A stretch of 64,000 bases of DNA from positions 941,942 to 1,005,941 of the forward strand of contig JBMOKY010000001.1 in assembly GCA_049325535.1 (NCBI GenBank), given 5' to 3'. Position 1 is the stretch's first letter; every line of letters starts with the position of its first letter. The translations under genes and the position numbers were made by a program. This document shows positions 1-10,113 of this stretch, piece after piece. Below the pieces are notes generated by a model. That model saw nothing but the letters and a program-made list of their open reading frames with translations, was not told the origin of the DNA and made no database searches. Source of the stretch: Patescibacteria group bacterium. GTDB taxonomy: Bacteria; Patescibacteriota; Patescibacteriia; UBA10025; JAHIVO01.

Positions 1-620
1 ATCGGTTCCGACCCGGCCATGCCCTGGTCAAAGAGGAGTACGTCATCTCCGAAATATGAATCAGTATCCTGGGCGCGCCGGTCAATCTTGATCATGCCAG
101 TGATGATGCCCTTAGCTTGGTCAGTATAAACCCCTTTCAGGAGGATGTCACCCGACGTGTGCGGCGCCCGATGGTGCATCACCAAATGCAGCGCGTGCTG
201 GGACCGTGCTTGGCCAAAGAGCGCTCCCCGATAATTCGCCACACTGCCACGTCCCTGCAGCTCAAACCGCAGGTGGGTATCCACGCGCGCGCCACCACTC
301 AAGGCCTGAATGACCGTCACCCGACTATCATGCGCCAGATGAAACGATAGGAGATGGACGCCCGAATCGATCACCGGCACAGCACCAATCAACACTAAAA
401 CTACCTCAGTGCCCGCGGTAATGTGGTATTGCACGTTATGAAATTGTTCGGATTGAATATCTAGAGTAATCACGCCTGATTTTTTCACCACTACCCGCTT
501 CGGCCGAAGCGTTCCCTGCGCTCGCCGCTCCAATGATTCGGGCAATCGCTGTAACGGATCCGCCTTTGGATAGAGCGCTCGATTGGTAATAGGGATAGTG
601 ATGTGAGGACGGTCAGTCAT
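1..620 (-). CDS. sufD: SufD-family Fe-S cluster assembly protein (3' end runs off the window)
   Basis: Manual translation from ATG 620 stays open to the window edge. It includes HRAPHTSGDILLKGVYTDQAKGIITGMIKIDRRAQDTDSY, a SufBD beta-helix-like segment, and follows sufB directly. Confidence 0.8.
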   Translation of the reverse strand, partial: MTDRPHITIPITNRALYPKADPLQRLPESLERRAQGTLRPKRVVVKKSGVITLDIQSEQFHNVQYHITAGTEVVLVLIGAVPVIDSGVHLLSFHLAHDSRVTVIQALSGGARVDTHLRFELQGRGSVANYRGALFGQARSQHALHLVMHHRAPHTSGDILLKGVYTDQAKGIITGMIKIDRRAQDTDSYFGDDVLLFDQGMAGSEP

Positions 621-625
621 ATGGA

Positions 626-2038
626 TTAACCTACGCTCCCCTCCATCTCTAGCTGGATGAGACGATTCAATTCCACGGCGTATTCGACCGGCAATTCCTT
701 CGCGATCGGCTCGATAAATCCAGAAACAATCATGGACATGGCTTCTGTCTCCGATAAGCCGCGGCTCATCAAATAAAATAATTGTTCTTCACCGACTTTC
801 CCGACCGATGCCTCGTGGCCGATCTGCACGTCACTCTCCCGGATATCCATCGTCGGATATGTGTCTGATCGTGATTGGGGATGCAATAGCAATGCATCGC
901 ACACGACATTCGATTTGCAGCCGCGCATGCCGGATGGTACGCGCACTAAACCACGGTACGAGGTGCGGCCGCGGTCTTTGGAGACTGATTTGGAAATAAT
1001 AGTAGAGGTGGTCTCAGGCGCACCGTGAATCGCTTTGCCGCCGGCGTCCTGATGCTGGCCGGATCCGGCAAATGCGACTGATAGTACATCACCACGCGCT
1101 TTACGGCCGAGCAAATACACCGAGGGGTATTTCATGGTCACCCGACTGCCGAGATTACCATCCACCCACTCCATGGTCCCTTCTTCATAGACAAACGTGC
1201 GCTTGGTCACTAAATTATATACGTTCTTTGACCAGTTCTGCACCGTGGTATAGCGAACCCGAGCTCCCTCTTTCACAATGATTTCAACGACCGCTGAATG
1301 CAGCGAACCGCTGGTATACTGTGGCGCAGTGCAGCCTTCTACATAATGTACGAAGCTGCCGGGCTCGGCGATAATGAGCGTGCGCTCGAATTGGCCCACC
1401 TTCTCTTTGTTAATGCGAAAATACGCTTGCAACGGAAAGGTGACATGCACCCCAGCCGGCACATACAGAAAACTACCACCACTCCACACCGCCGTGTTCA
1501 ATGCCGCAAATTTATTATCACCAGCCGGCACCACGCGGCCAAAATACTGCTTCACCAGATCCGGATATTTCCGCAGGCCCGTGTCCATGTCAGTGAAAAT
1601 AACGCCAATCTTAGACATCTTATCCTGAAGGCTATGATAGACTGCTTCTGACTCATACTGCGCCATCACGCCAGTCAGATATTTTTGTTCAGCTTCAGGA
1701 ATACCCAGGCGGGTGTAGGTATTTCGAATCGCACTGGGCACTTTATTCCATTGCTGTACAACCCCAGTGGTTGGCTTGAGGTAATAATAAATGTCATCAA
1801 AATTGATACCGGACAAATCCGCGCCCCACGCTGGACCGTTTTTGGTGAGGAATGTATCGTACGCACGCAGACGATTTTCCCGCATCCAGGCGGGTTCGTT
1901 TTTCATCGAGGAAATCTCTTCTACCGTTTTCCGGGTGAGCCCACGTTTGGCAGTGTGGACGTAGGAAACCCGATCTGGCCGCTCGGCGGCCAGCTTCGCT
2001 TCATTGTCATACGCACGTAATGTTTGGGCGTCAGACAT
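626..2038 (-). CDS. sufB: Fe-S cluster assembly protein SufB
   Basis: Motifs [32 protein letters not shown] and [14 protein letters not shown]. Confidence 0.97.
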   Translation of the reverse strand: MSDAQTLRAYDNEAKLAAERPDRVSYVHTAKRGLTRKTVEEISSMKNEPAWMRENRLRAYDTFLTKNGPAWGADLSGINFDDIYYYLKPTTGVVQQWNKVPSAIRNTYTRLGIPEAEQKYLTGVMAQYESEAVYHSLQDKMSKIGVIFTDMDTGLRKYPDLVKQYFGRVVPAGDNKFAALNTAVWSGGSFLYVPAGVHVTFPLQAYFRINKEKVGQFERTLIIAEPGSFVHYVEGCTAPQYTSGSLHSAVVEIIVKEGARVRYTTVQNWSKNVYNLVTKRTFVYEEGTMEWVDGNLGSRVTMKYPSVYLLGRKARGDVLSVAFAGSGQHQDAGGKAIHGAPETTSTIISKSVSKDRGRTSYRGLVRVPSGMRGCKSNVVCDALLLHPQSRSDTYPTMDIRESDVQIGHEASVGKVGEEQLFYLMSRGLSETEAMSMIVSGFIEPIAKELPVEYAVELNRLIQLEMEGSVG

Positions 2039-2042
2039 ATGG

Positions 2043-2792
2043 CTACTTCTTTTTCCTTAACAACCAATCATAACCCCTGCGCTCAATCTGATGAGCGAGC
2101 GCCCGTTTACCCGACGTAATAATCCTGCCTGCCGACATGACGTGGACGTAATCTGGTTTGATATACCGTAAAATACGGACATAATGGGTGATGATGAGCA
2201 CGCCCAGCTGTGGATTCATGAGTTTAGTTATCCCCTTTGCCACCGCCCGGAGTGCATCAATGTCGAGACCCGAATCCGTCTCATCCAAAATCGCCAGTGT
2301 CGGCTCAAGCACTGCCAGCTGCAAAATTTCAGACTTCTTTTTTTCACCACCGGAAAATCCGTCATTGAGCGCGCGGCTGGCGAAATCGGCCTTCATATTC
2401 AGCAGATTCATCTTCGCTTCAATATGCCTATGAAAATCCAGGGCGGACAGCGGCGTACCTCGATGGGTATTATTGTATGCTGTCCGCAAAAAATGCTCGA
2501 GGGAGAGCCCGGGAACGGCCACCGGATATTGGAATGACAAAAAGATGCCGTGCTGCGCCCGCTGATCCGGACTTAATTTTTTTAAACGCGCCGAGCCATA
2601 GGTTATTGACCCTCGCGTCACCGTGTACCCGGGATGTCCGGCAATGACGGACGCAAGTGTTGATTTGCCCGAACCGTTGGGGCCCATCAGCGCGTGAATC
2701 GTACCTGGCTGAATAGTCAAATCAACCCCGCGAAGAATCGGGGTCTGGTCGATGCGGACATGAAGATTTTTTATGGCAAGCGTCTGTTGCAT
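2043..2792 (-). CDS. sufC: Fe-S cluster assembly ATPase SufC
   Basis: [25 protein letters not shown] and [11 protein letters not shown] motifs; adjacent to sufB. Confidence 0.97.
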   Translation of the reverse strand: MQQTLAIKNLHVRIDQTPILRGVDLTIQPGTIHALMGPNGSGKSTLASVIAGHPGYTVTRGSITYGSARLKKLSPDQRAQHGIFLSFQYPVAVPGLSLEHFLRTAYNNTHRGTPLSALDFHRHIEAKMNLLNMKADFASRALNDGFSGGEKKKSEILQLAVLEPTLAILDETDSGLDIDALRAVAKGITKLMNPQLGVLIITHYVRILRYIKPDYVHVMSAGRIITSGKRALAHQIERRGYDWLLRKKK

Positions 2793-2807
2793 GGAACCGT
2801 CGCGATG

Positions 2808-3374
2808 TCAGGACGCATGCTTGGCGGCGTACGCCTCCTGATAATACACACAGCTGGCATTGAAACGACAATCGGAACAGAGAAGCACGGTGTCGAGTAT
2901 GTCTTTCTTCAGTTTGCCGCACGCCTCGCAGCGACCCTGTCCCACCGCCAGTTTCCGACCCTGAGCCCGACACGCGTCACAAATTCCTCTGATTTCGACC
3001 TGTTCCATGCGGGACTGAAATTTCTGAGTCTGGGCCAAATGTTTCAGCGATTTAAACACCTGATCATCGACGATATTGGAAATCCTGCCACACACTTCAC
3101 ACAATAAATGCACATGCGCATCAATCTGGCCTTCATATAACCCAATCTTATTGACCACCGCTTCCTTGATGTACCCGTGGTCGCGGAGGAAATTTAAATT
3201 CCGATACACGGTTGCAAAACTGATTGTCGGCATCTTTTTTTTAACCACCGAGTATATGTGATCAGCGCCGTGATGCCCGGGCGTCTCTCGCAGATACTCC
3301 AAAATAACCATGCGCTGATTGGTCAGCCGCCAGTCTGATTTTTTTTCCTTTTTCTGCTGTGTCCGGGTGGTCAT
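2808..3374 (-). CDS. Fur/PerR-family transcriptional regulator with a Cys-rich C-terminal extension
   Basis: RLTNQR..IL, ISFATVYRNL, HVHLLCEVC and GICDAC, plus the tail CEAC...CSDCRFNASC. Confidence 0.9.
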   Translation of the reverse strand: MTTRTQQKKEKKSDWRLTNQRMVILEYLRETPGHHGADHIYSVVKKKMPTISFATVYRNLNFLRDHGYIKEAVVNKIGLYEGQIDAHVHLLCEVCGRISNIVDDQVFKSLKHLAQTQKFQSRMEQVEIRGICDACRAQGRKLAVGQGRCEACGKLKKDILDTVLLCSDCRFNASCVYYQEAYAAKHAS

Positions 3375-3390
3375 GCCAGTACGTAACTAT

Positions 3391-3439
3391 TGATAACCAT
3401 TACTAACCAAACCATACCATGAGGCACGGGCGCTGTCAA
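3391..3439 (-). promoter_or_regulatory. Sigma70 promoter with a Fur/Per-box-like operator for the fur-sufCBD operon
   Basis: TTGACA (3439-3434), 17-nt spacer, TATGGT (3416-3411). TGATAAC-C-ATTACTA at 3391-3405 resembles the 7-1-7 Fur box. Confidence 0.6.
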
Positions 3440-3465
3440 AATGGTCCTCCGGCGAGATACGCCAA

Positions 3466-4980
3466 TCAAATTGACTGCCGCCGGATTTCAAAAATCCGCT
3501 CTTTTTTCAGCGCCTCAAGCGCCAATTCGATACGGTCGGCATTTTGGGCGTAGAGGGTAAACATGCGCTCTTCCCGCCTGACCTTCTGCCCGAGCCGCTT
3601 ATTGATATAGATGCCGGCTAACTTCTCATGCGGAGCGCCGAGGATACGGGCCACCTGGTCAACCATCTCATCATTGACGCCGACGATGGTGCCGCTGTAT
3701 GGAGCGTAGAACCGGTGACGGATGGCGGCCAAGGTCAGGTCTTCAGAATCAATCTCCGCCTTTCCCCCCTGCTCCCGGATGATCTCCTGCATCTTTCGCC
3801 AGGCAGCGCCGGATGTCAGCGCTTCAGCGGCCAGCATATGTCCCTTACCCGGTTTGGCCTTGCCGGCTAACTCCAATAAATGCCCGGCTAATTTGATTGA
3901 CTTCTTTTCCAAATCGGACGGACGGTAGTCCTTCTGTTGAAGCACGCGCAGGACGTCACGCGCCTCTAGAGCCGGGCCGATGCCCCGCCCGACCGGTTCC
4001 GTTGTCCGGCTCAGCACTACCCTAATTTTAATCTTAAATCTCCGAGCCAGATATTCAAATTTTGCTTTGACATTCAGTGCGTCAGCACGGCTGGTTATTT
4101 TTACCGTCGGGCCATATGGCAGATCAACCACCAGATGGGTCACCCCCATAGCTACTTTCTTAGCCAGGATGCTGACCACCATCTTATCCAGCGGTTCGAG
4201 CGCGAGTGGATGCGAAACCCGAATGAGGTAATCATCGGCCGGGGCCAATCTGAAACTGCCACCCCAGATGATGCAGGTATTTATTTTTTTAGTAATCTCC
4301 TGGATCCGCTTAAACGACAGCCGCACGGGCGCCAATACCTCCATGGTGTCAGCCGTACCGGCTGGCGAGGTGATGGCGCGCGATGACGTCTTGGGGATGA
4401 AAACACCCTGCGATGCCACCATCGGGATTACCACCATGGTCGTCCGGTTCCCCGCCACCCCACCGATGGAATGTTTGTCCGCCACCACCTTACGGGCCGG
4501 CTTCAGCATCTCGCCGGTTTCTGCCATCGCCTTGGTCATGAAAAACAGCTCTTCATTGGAAAACTCTTTGATAAAACTGGAGGCGACGAAATATGTGGTT
4601 TCCACACGACTCAATTTATGGTCCACGATATCCCGGATGATCGAATGCATCTCGGCGTAGGTCAGCTTCTCTCCGAGTAATTTCTTTTTGATAGCTTCAA
4701 TCGAAAGAGGACGCGATAAAACTCGCAGGGACACCGGCTCATTCGGCTGAACGGGGACGGTGCGCCAAATTTCGCGAAAAAAACCGATTTCCCCCGAGCT
4801 GACTTTATGCCGGGTATAATAGGCGGTGACGATTGCTTTGTGCCGCTTTCCCCAGCTGATCTCAATCAGATCCCCGAGCACAATACCCAAAATTCGGGCT
4901 TCGTCCTCCTGCAGCACGACCACCCAGGGCTGGCCACCGGACCCGAAATCGAGTTTGCGGGCACGTAAAAAAAACGTCAT
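3466..4980 (-). CDS. AMP phosphorylase / thymidine phosphorylase family (long archaeal-like type)
   Basis: DKHSIGGVAGN, PKTSSRAITSPAGTADTMEVL and PVGRGIGPALEA motifs, with the N-terminal extension typical of AMP phosphorylases. Confidence 0.9.
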   Translation of the reverse strand: MTFFLRARKLDFGSGGQPWVVVLQEDEARILGIVLGDLIEISWGKRHKAIVTAYYTRHKVSSGEIGFFREIWRTVPVQPNEPVSLRVLSRPLSIEAIKKKLLGEKLTYAEMHSIIRDIVDHKLSRVETTYFVASSFIKEFSNEELFFMTKAMAETGEMLKPARKVVADKHSIGGVAGNRTTMVVIPMVASQGVFIPKTSSRAITSPAGTADTMEVLAPVRLSFKRIQEITKKINTCIIWGGSFRLAPADDYLIRVSHPLALEPLDKMVVSILAKKVAMGVTHLVVDLPYGPTVKITSRADALNVKAKFEYLARRFKIKIRVVLSRTTEPVGRGIGPALEARDVLRVLQQKDYRPSDLEKKSIKLAGHLLELAGKAKPGKGHMLAAEALTSGAAWRKMQEIIREQGGKAEIDSEDLTLAAIRHRFYAPYSGTIVGVNDEMVDQVARILGAPHEKLAGIYINKRLGQKVRREERMFTLYAQNADRIELALEALKKERIFEIRRQSI

Positions 4981-4989
4981 GAGGAATGG

Positions 4990-5913
4990 CTAGATAATAT
5001 TATTTCGGCGAGCGAGATAGATACTGCCAAAAACGATGCCGGCCATTAAACCAAAAATCATCCAAATTCCTATTGGATGATCGGCGAAGGGGAGTCCGGT
5101 GACATTCATGCCATAGATGCTGGCGATGAGTGTCATAGGTAGTAACGCCACGGAAATGACGGTGAGCATCTTAATGACTTCATTGGTGCGCTGATTGATG
5201 AATGACTCATTGGTGTCATACATGCTATCCACAAAATCACGGTAATTCTCCAGCGCCGACCACATATTCTCCAGGTAGTCATGTACATCATCAAAATATA
5301 CCTGGAGTTTTGAACTGATGGCCTGATTTTTCATATTGACCAGACGGTCGACCATCTTTATCTGTGGTTCCATGATGCGCCGAAGATTCAGCACATTGCG
5401 CCGGATGATGGCCAGATTGGTAGTGGCCGCTTTGTTGCGGCTGGAATAGACGTCCTCCTCAACTTCGTTCAGGTATTGGCCGACCTCGTTGATTACCGGG
5501 AGTGTCTTGTGGTAGCGGCCGTCAATTATCTTATAGAGAAGATATGCCGCGCTATTCTTCAGCGGATCGTATGGGAACCCTTTGTGGTTTTTCTTACGCA
5601 GCGCCACTAAATAATCCTCTATGAACATATCCGGCTCATTGGTGATAGTCACCAAAAAATCCTTTCCCAAAAAAACATCCAGCGAACGGATGCCTACCCG
5701 CCGGGTCTCCTGGTCATATTCCGGAAAATGGAAAATCATGAACAGGTACTTTTCATAGGGATCCAGCTTCGGTCGCTGCACCCCTTCCAGACAGTCTTTC
5801 AGGTCCAAAGGATGAAAATCAAACTCTTTCTGCAAAAAAGCTATATCCGCCTCGGCAAGCGAGCTGATATGAATCCAGCGTAATCGATGAATGGTGAGTG
5901 TCGTAACCGGCAT
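4990..5913 (-). CDS. corA: CorA-family Mg2+/Co2+ transporter
   Basis: FHPLDLKDC, RPKLD and a YGMN signature between two C-terminal TM helices. Start placed at ATG 5913. Confidence 0.93.
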   Translation of the reverse strand: MPVTTLTIHRLRWIHISSLAEADIAFLQKEFDFHPLDLKDCLEGVQRPKLDPYEKYLFMIFHFPEYDQETRRVGIRSLDVFLGKDFLVTITNEPDMFIEDYLVALRKKNHKGFPYDPLKNSAAYLLYKIIDGRYHKTLPVINEVGQYLNEVEEDVYSSRNKAATTNLAIIRRNVLNLRRIMEPQIKMVDRLVNMKNQAISSKLQVYFDDVHDYLENMWSALENYRDFVDSMYDTNESFINQRTNEVIKMLTVISVALLPMTLIASIYGMNVTGLPFADHPIGIWMIFGLMAGIVFGSIYLARRNNII

Positions 5914-6381
5914 AAAACCGATACCCCATACTGATGAAGTGGAGCTTCCAGTATACACCAATCACGGGCAAATTAAAACCTTGGCAGCACGGTGACTCGT
6001 GCCATCAACAGGATGAATACGGCCCTTATAGAGTATGGTTATTATTATGGAACATAATGAGTGTACTTTTTTAGGCTTTCAAAAACCAATATTTGTACCG
6101 TTTCATAATGAAACGGTCACAGCCTCCCTGTGGGATTTGGAGGACGCCGCACTCACGGTGACCGGTATACTCATTGGCCGTTGTCAATTCAAAACCCGTA
6201 AACGAAGGAATGAAAGGAGAGCAACGATGACAAGGAAGTTGCTCGGCATACTCGTATGCCTCGTCTATTCCTCGCCGTTACGGCGTTTGAATATCCGAAT
6301 CCTGCACCGTCCATTTCGCAGGATACCGCGTCAGTATCGGTAATGCCGAATCTGTCATTATCTGAACTGGGTACGACTTCC

Positions 6382-6636
6382 TTACGTATGCACTGCGGCA
6401 TTCAGCTCATCAAGCAACGGCTCGATGGGGATGCCATGCACTGCTGCGCCTGATTCTAATGATTCATACGGTGAAATCATGCAGCCGATGCAATGAAAGC
6501 CGTACCGCACTAATATTTCCGTGACCTGCGGATACTGCTGGACGATATCCCCCATCAGCATATCTGAGGTGATTGCCGGCATTTTATTCCCGGCCTTTTT
6601 CCCGCCAGTGGCGGATTTAGAAATTTTTGCACTCAT
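6382..6636 (-). CDS. DUF1858-domain protein
   Basis: ITSDM..GDIVQQYP...GFHCIGC...ESLESGAAVHGI pattern. Confidence 0.8.
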   Translation of the reverse strand: MSAKISKSATGGKKAGNKMPAITSDMLMGDIVQQYPQVTEILVRYGFHCIGCMISPYESLESGAAVHGIPIEPLLDELNAAVHT

Positions 6637-6689
6637 ACCAGATGAAGTCTACCGCGCCAGCTCCTGCTGTCAAATCGGGTATTTTCTAT

Positions 6690-6729
6690 TTGCAAAAAAT
6701 TTGCAATTACAATAAATCTCTGCTATACT
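6690..6729 (+). promoter_or_regulatory. Promoter with an overlapping 7-3-7 inverted repeat (candidate operator of the Zur-like regulator)
   Basis: TTGCAAA-AAA-TTTGCAA at 6690-6706 overlaps the -35 box TTGCAA. A 17-nt spacer precedes TATACT at 6724-6729. Confidence 0.55.
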
Positions 6730-6740
6730 CCCCCCTGCCT

Positions 6741-7115
6741 ATGAAACCTGTGGATAAGCTCAAATTAAGCCATACGAAAATCACCCGACCACGAAAACTG
6801 GTACTGGAGTATTTAGCAAAACAACAAAAACCCAAAACCACCCAAGAAATTTGCGCAGCATTAAAAAATAAAGTGGACCAGGTAAGCGTCTACCGCACCG
6901 TGGAACTATTGAAATCCCTGCATATCATTTTTGAAGAATGTTTACTCGACGAACATCGCTACTATGCGGCGGATTCACCCCATCATCATGTGGTGTGTCG
7001 AAAATGCAAACGAGTTGAGTGCCTCCCCTGCCACGTGGAATTCACGCCACCAAAAAAATTTACCGATATTACCCACCATTTATCGTTAACCGGCATCTGC
7101 GCGCAGTGCCAATAA
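6741..7115 (+). CDS. Fur-family regulator (Zur-like)
   Basis: ITRPRKLVL, VSVYRTVELL, HHHVVCRKC and GICAQC; upstream of a ZIP transporter. Start ATG 6741. Confidence 0.88.
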   Translation: MKPVDKLKLSHTKITRPRKLVLEYLAKQQKPKTTQEICAALKNKVDQVSVYRTVELLKSLHIIFEECLLDEHRYYAADSPHHHVVCRKCKRVECLPCHVEFTPPKKFTDITHHLSLTGICAQCQ

Positions 7116-7124
7116 CCAATCAAT

Positions 7125-7874
7125 ATGACCTCCATCTGGCTCTACTCCATCCTCAGCGTCCTCGCCATTAGTCTCATGTCATTTATCGGCCTCGTTTCGC
7201 TCTCTGTATCCATGGAACGACTAAAAAAAGTTCTACTGTTCCTGGTCAGTTTTGCCGCAGGCTCCATGCTCGGCGGAGCCTTTTTCCACCTGCTCCCGGA
7301 AGCATACGACGAGCCAAGTACGGCCGCCCACGCTCCGCTTTTCATCATCATTGGTATCGTCCTTTTTTTCACTCTGGAAAAATACCTCCACTGGCGGCAC
7401 TGCCACACGCCGACATCGACTGAACACCCCCACCCCGTGGGCATCAGCAATCTGGTCGGTGACGCTTTTCATAACTTTCTCGATGGCGTCATCATCGCGG
7501 GCGCCTACCTGGTCAGCCCCGGCATCGGACTTGCTACCACGCTGGCGGTTGTGCTCCATGAAATCCCCCAGGAAATCGGTGACTTCAGCATCCTGGTACA
7601 CGCCGGGTACACGCGCGCCCGGGCTCTTTTTTTCAATTTCCTGTCAGCGCTGACGGCATTGGCTGGCGCTATCGTCACGCTGGCGATCGGAGGAAATGTC
7701 GACATCGCCCATACGTATCTGGTTCCCATCACTATCGGTGGTTTCATCTACATCGCGGCCGCTGATCTTATCCCGGAAATCAAACGCGAAGAACATCTGG
7801 GCAAGTCCATTGCTCAGCTACTCATGTTTGTCATCGGCATCGGACTGATGGCGCTGATGCGTATTTTTGAATAG
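7125..7874 (+). CDS. ZIP-family metal (zinc) transporter
   Basis: HNFLDG and HEIPQEIGDF motifs with a His-rich loop. Confidence 0.93.
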   Translation: MTSIWLYSILSVLAISLMSFIGLVSLSVSMERLKKVLLFLVSFAAGSMLGGAFFHLLPEAYDEPSTAAHAPLFIIIGIVLFFTLEKYLHWRHCHTPTSTEHPHPVGISNLVGDAFHNFLDGVIIAGAYLVSPGIGLATTLAVVLHEIPQEIGDFSILVHAGYTRARALFFNFLSALTALAGAIVTLAIGGNVDIAHTYLVPITIGGFIYIAAADLIPEIKREEHLGKSIAQLLMFVIGIGLMALMRIFE

Positions 7875-7878
7875 TCAG

Positions 7879-9021
7879 CTACCCGGATGGCTGGACGTCC
7901 GCTGGAGTGTGCCGATACCGACCGGAAAACCAGACGGCGATACCAGTCGTAATCGGCACCATCAGCACTAATCCAATGCTCCCCACCAGCGTCCGGACTA
8001 TTTCCGTGGCGATAATTTCGCTATTGATTGCTTCGGCAAATGTCGGCGCATTCACATCCGTGGCACTGAATAAAATAAGGAGTGGCAGCGCCGCACCGGC
8101 ATAGGCAAAGAAGAGCGTATTGACCATTGAACTCATATGTGACACGCCGACCCGCATGCTCCGCATATACAGCTCGCGTTTTGATATGCGCGGATTGACC
8201 GAGCGCAGTTCACCGACCACCGCAGTTTGTGAAACCGCTACGTCATCGAGTACGCCCAGGGCGCCGATGATAATACCAGCCAGCAGCAGCCCGCGCACAT
8301 TCAGCTCGCCTGAACCTAAGCCCAGCAGGTAAATGGCGTCATCACTGGCAAAGCCAGTCAGCTTTGTCAGCGCGGTAAACCACACAGCCAACAGTCCCGT
8401 CACCACCAAGGTACCGAAAATAGAGGCGATTGCCAGTGTTGAAGGTCGATTCAAACCCTCGGTCAGATAAATTGCCAGTACTAATATGCCAAACGTCCCG
8501 ACGATGCTGATCAGGAGGGGGGATGCGCCATCCACAATCTGCGGAATAATGAAACCGAGAATAACCACAAACGACAATACCAACACAACTAGTGCGCGAA
8601 GCCCCTTCAACCTGCCGACGGCCACCACGGTGAGCGCAAACAGTCCGGCCAGCCAATACAGCACCCCCCGGCGGATATAATCAACCACGTAAAATTGATC
8701 ATCACCCTCAACCCCGACGACATGGGCCACCTGGACCACGTCATCGATTGCATATGTATTCTGCGCTACTGCCTCATACCGCGTACCGTCAAAGGTAATC
8801 TCCTGGCCTTCCCAAGTGCCGTCCAGCGCCTTCAGTTTCAGCACCTGCTGTACGATCTCACCGCCTGATTCCCCAGCTACCGTCTGTTCGTCCACCACCT
8901 CGATGACCCGCGCCTGAAATGTCTCACCACTTTCGGTCTGTCCAAAGGCAATGCCAGGGATGAAGATACCAACCAGCAACCATACTATGATAGAGAGTTG
9001 AAATAGTAACCGTCGGCACAT
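7879..9021 (-). CDS. YibE/F-family membrane protein
   Basis: GIIIGALGVLDDV, HMSSMVNTLFFAYAG and EIVRTLVGSIG motifs. Start trimmed to ATG 9021. Confidence 0.88.
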   Translation of the reverse strand: MCRRLLFQLSIIVWLLVGIFIPGIAFGQTESGETFQARVIEVVDEQTVAGESGGEIVQQVLKLKALDGTWEGQEITFDGTRYEAVAQNTYAIDDVVQVAHVVGVEGDDQFYVVDYIRRGVLYWLAGLFALTVVAVGRLKGLRALVVLVLSFVVILGFIIPQIVDGASPLLISIVGTFGILVLAIYLTEGLNRPSTLAIASIFGTLVVTGLLAVWFTALTKLTGFASDDAIYLLGLGSGELNVRGLLLAGIIIGALGVLDDVAVSQTAVVGELRSVNPRISKRELYMRSMRVGVSHMSSMVNTLFFAYAGAALPLLILFSATDVNAPTFAEAINSEIIATEIVRTLVGSIGLVLMVPITTGIAVWFSGRYRHTPADVQPSG

Positions 9022-9132
9022 ATGACGTATTGTAGCATACCAGTGGCTCTGCGCCCCAATTGGAGTATTTACATACCCATAAAACCTAGCTATACTGAAC
9101 AAATGACTATTGATTACAATTCGCATTAAGGT

Positions 9133-10113
9133 ATGTCCGAAAATAATGCTATCACCATCCACGGCCTGCGCCACTCGTTTAAAAAACTGGAAGTGCTCAA
9201 AGGCCTAGACCTCCAGGTCGGCCGCGGCACTATCCTGGCGCTCCTGGGGCCAAATGGCGCTGGCAAGACCACTACTATCCGCATTTTGAGTACCCTGCTC
9301 CGACCCGATGCCGGACAGGTGTCGGTGAATGGGTACGACGTGCTCCATGAACCCCAGCGCGTCCGGGAAAGCATCGGCTTGACCGGCCAATACGCCGCCG
9401 TGGACGAGTACCTGACCGGTACGGAAAATCTGATTATGATGGGCCAGCTCTACCATCTCAGTCGGGCTGACGCCCGGCGGCGCACCAGCGAACTGCTGGA
9501 ACAATTTGATCTGGTCGATGCCCGCGATCGAGCGGTGAAAACATACTCCGGTGGCATGCGCCGCCGGCTCGACCTAGCCGCCAGCCTGATCGCCACGCCA
9601 CCCATCGTATTTCTCGACGAGCCCACCACCGGTCTCGACCCGCGCAGCCGGCTCGGGATGTGGCATATCATCGAGCAGCTCGTCGAGGCCGACGTGACAA
9701 TCCTCTTGACCACCCAGTATCTCGAAGAGGCCGACCGCCTCGCCGACCGTATCGCCGTGCTGGATGACGGCCGGATAATCGCCGCAGGGACCGCGGATGA
9801 GCTCAAATCGCGAGTCGGTAAAGAACGGCTGGAAATAATCATCAGTCAGCAGAGCGATATGGCCAAAGCGATGACCATACTTTCAGACCAGGATCCCCTC
9901 CAGGACGCGGAACGCCGTTCAGTGAGCGTACCGATTGGTGGAAGCGTAGCGGAGGTCCGTCATGTGCTCGACCTGATGGAAAAAGCCGACGTGAACATTG
10001 AATCCCTTTCGCTCCACAAACCTACCCTCGATGACGTCTTTCTCCACTTTACCGGCCACAAAGCCGAAGCAGACGCTCCCGCAACTGACTTAAAAAACAC
10101 TCCACCTGTATGA
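9133..10113 (+). CDS. ABC transporter ATP-binding protein (DrrA-like)
   Basis: [31 protein letters not shown] and a C-terminal PTLDDVFL motif. Confidence 0.93.
   Translation: MSENNAITIHGLRHSFKKLEVLKGLDLQVGRGTILALLGPNGAGKTTTIRILSTLLRPDAGQVSVNGYDVLHEPQRVRESIGLTGQYAAVDEYLTGTENLIMMGQLYHLSRADARRRTSELLEQFDLVDARDRAVKTYSGGMRRRLDLAASLIATPPIVFLDEPTTGLDPRSRLGMWHIIEQLVEADVTILLTTQYLEEADRLADRIAVLDDGRIIAAGTADELKSRVGKERLEIIISQQSDMAKAMTILSDQDPLQDAERRSVSVPIGGSVAEVRHVLDLMEKADVNIESLSLHKPTLDDVFLHFTGHKAEADAPATDLKNTPPV

Noticed and set aside
5914-6200. M-box (ykoK) Mg2+ riboswitch upstream of corA
   Set aside because: The conserved M-box core sequence could not be found on the minus strand.
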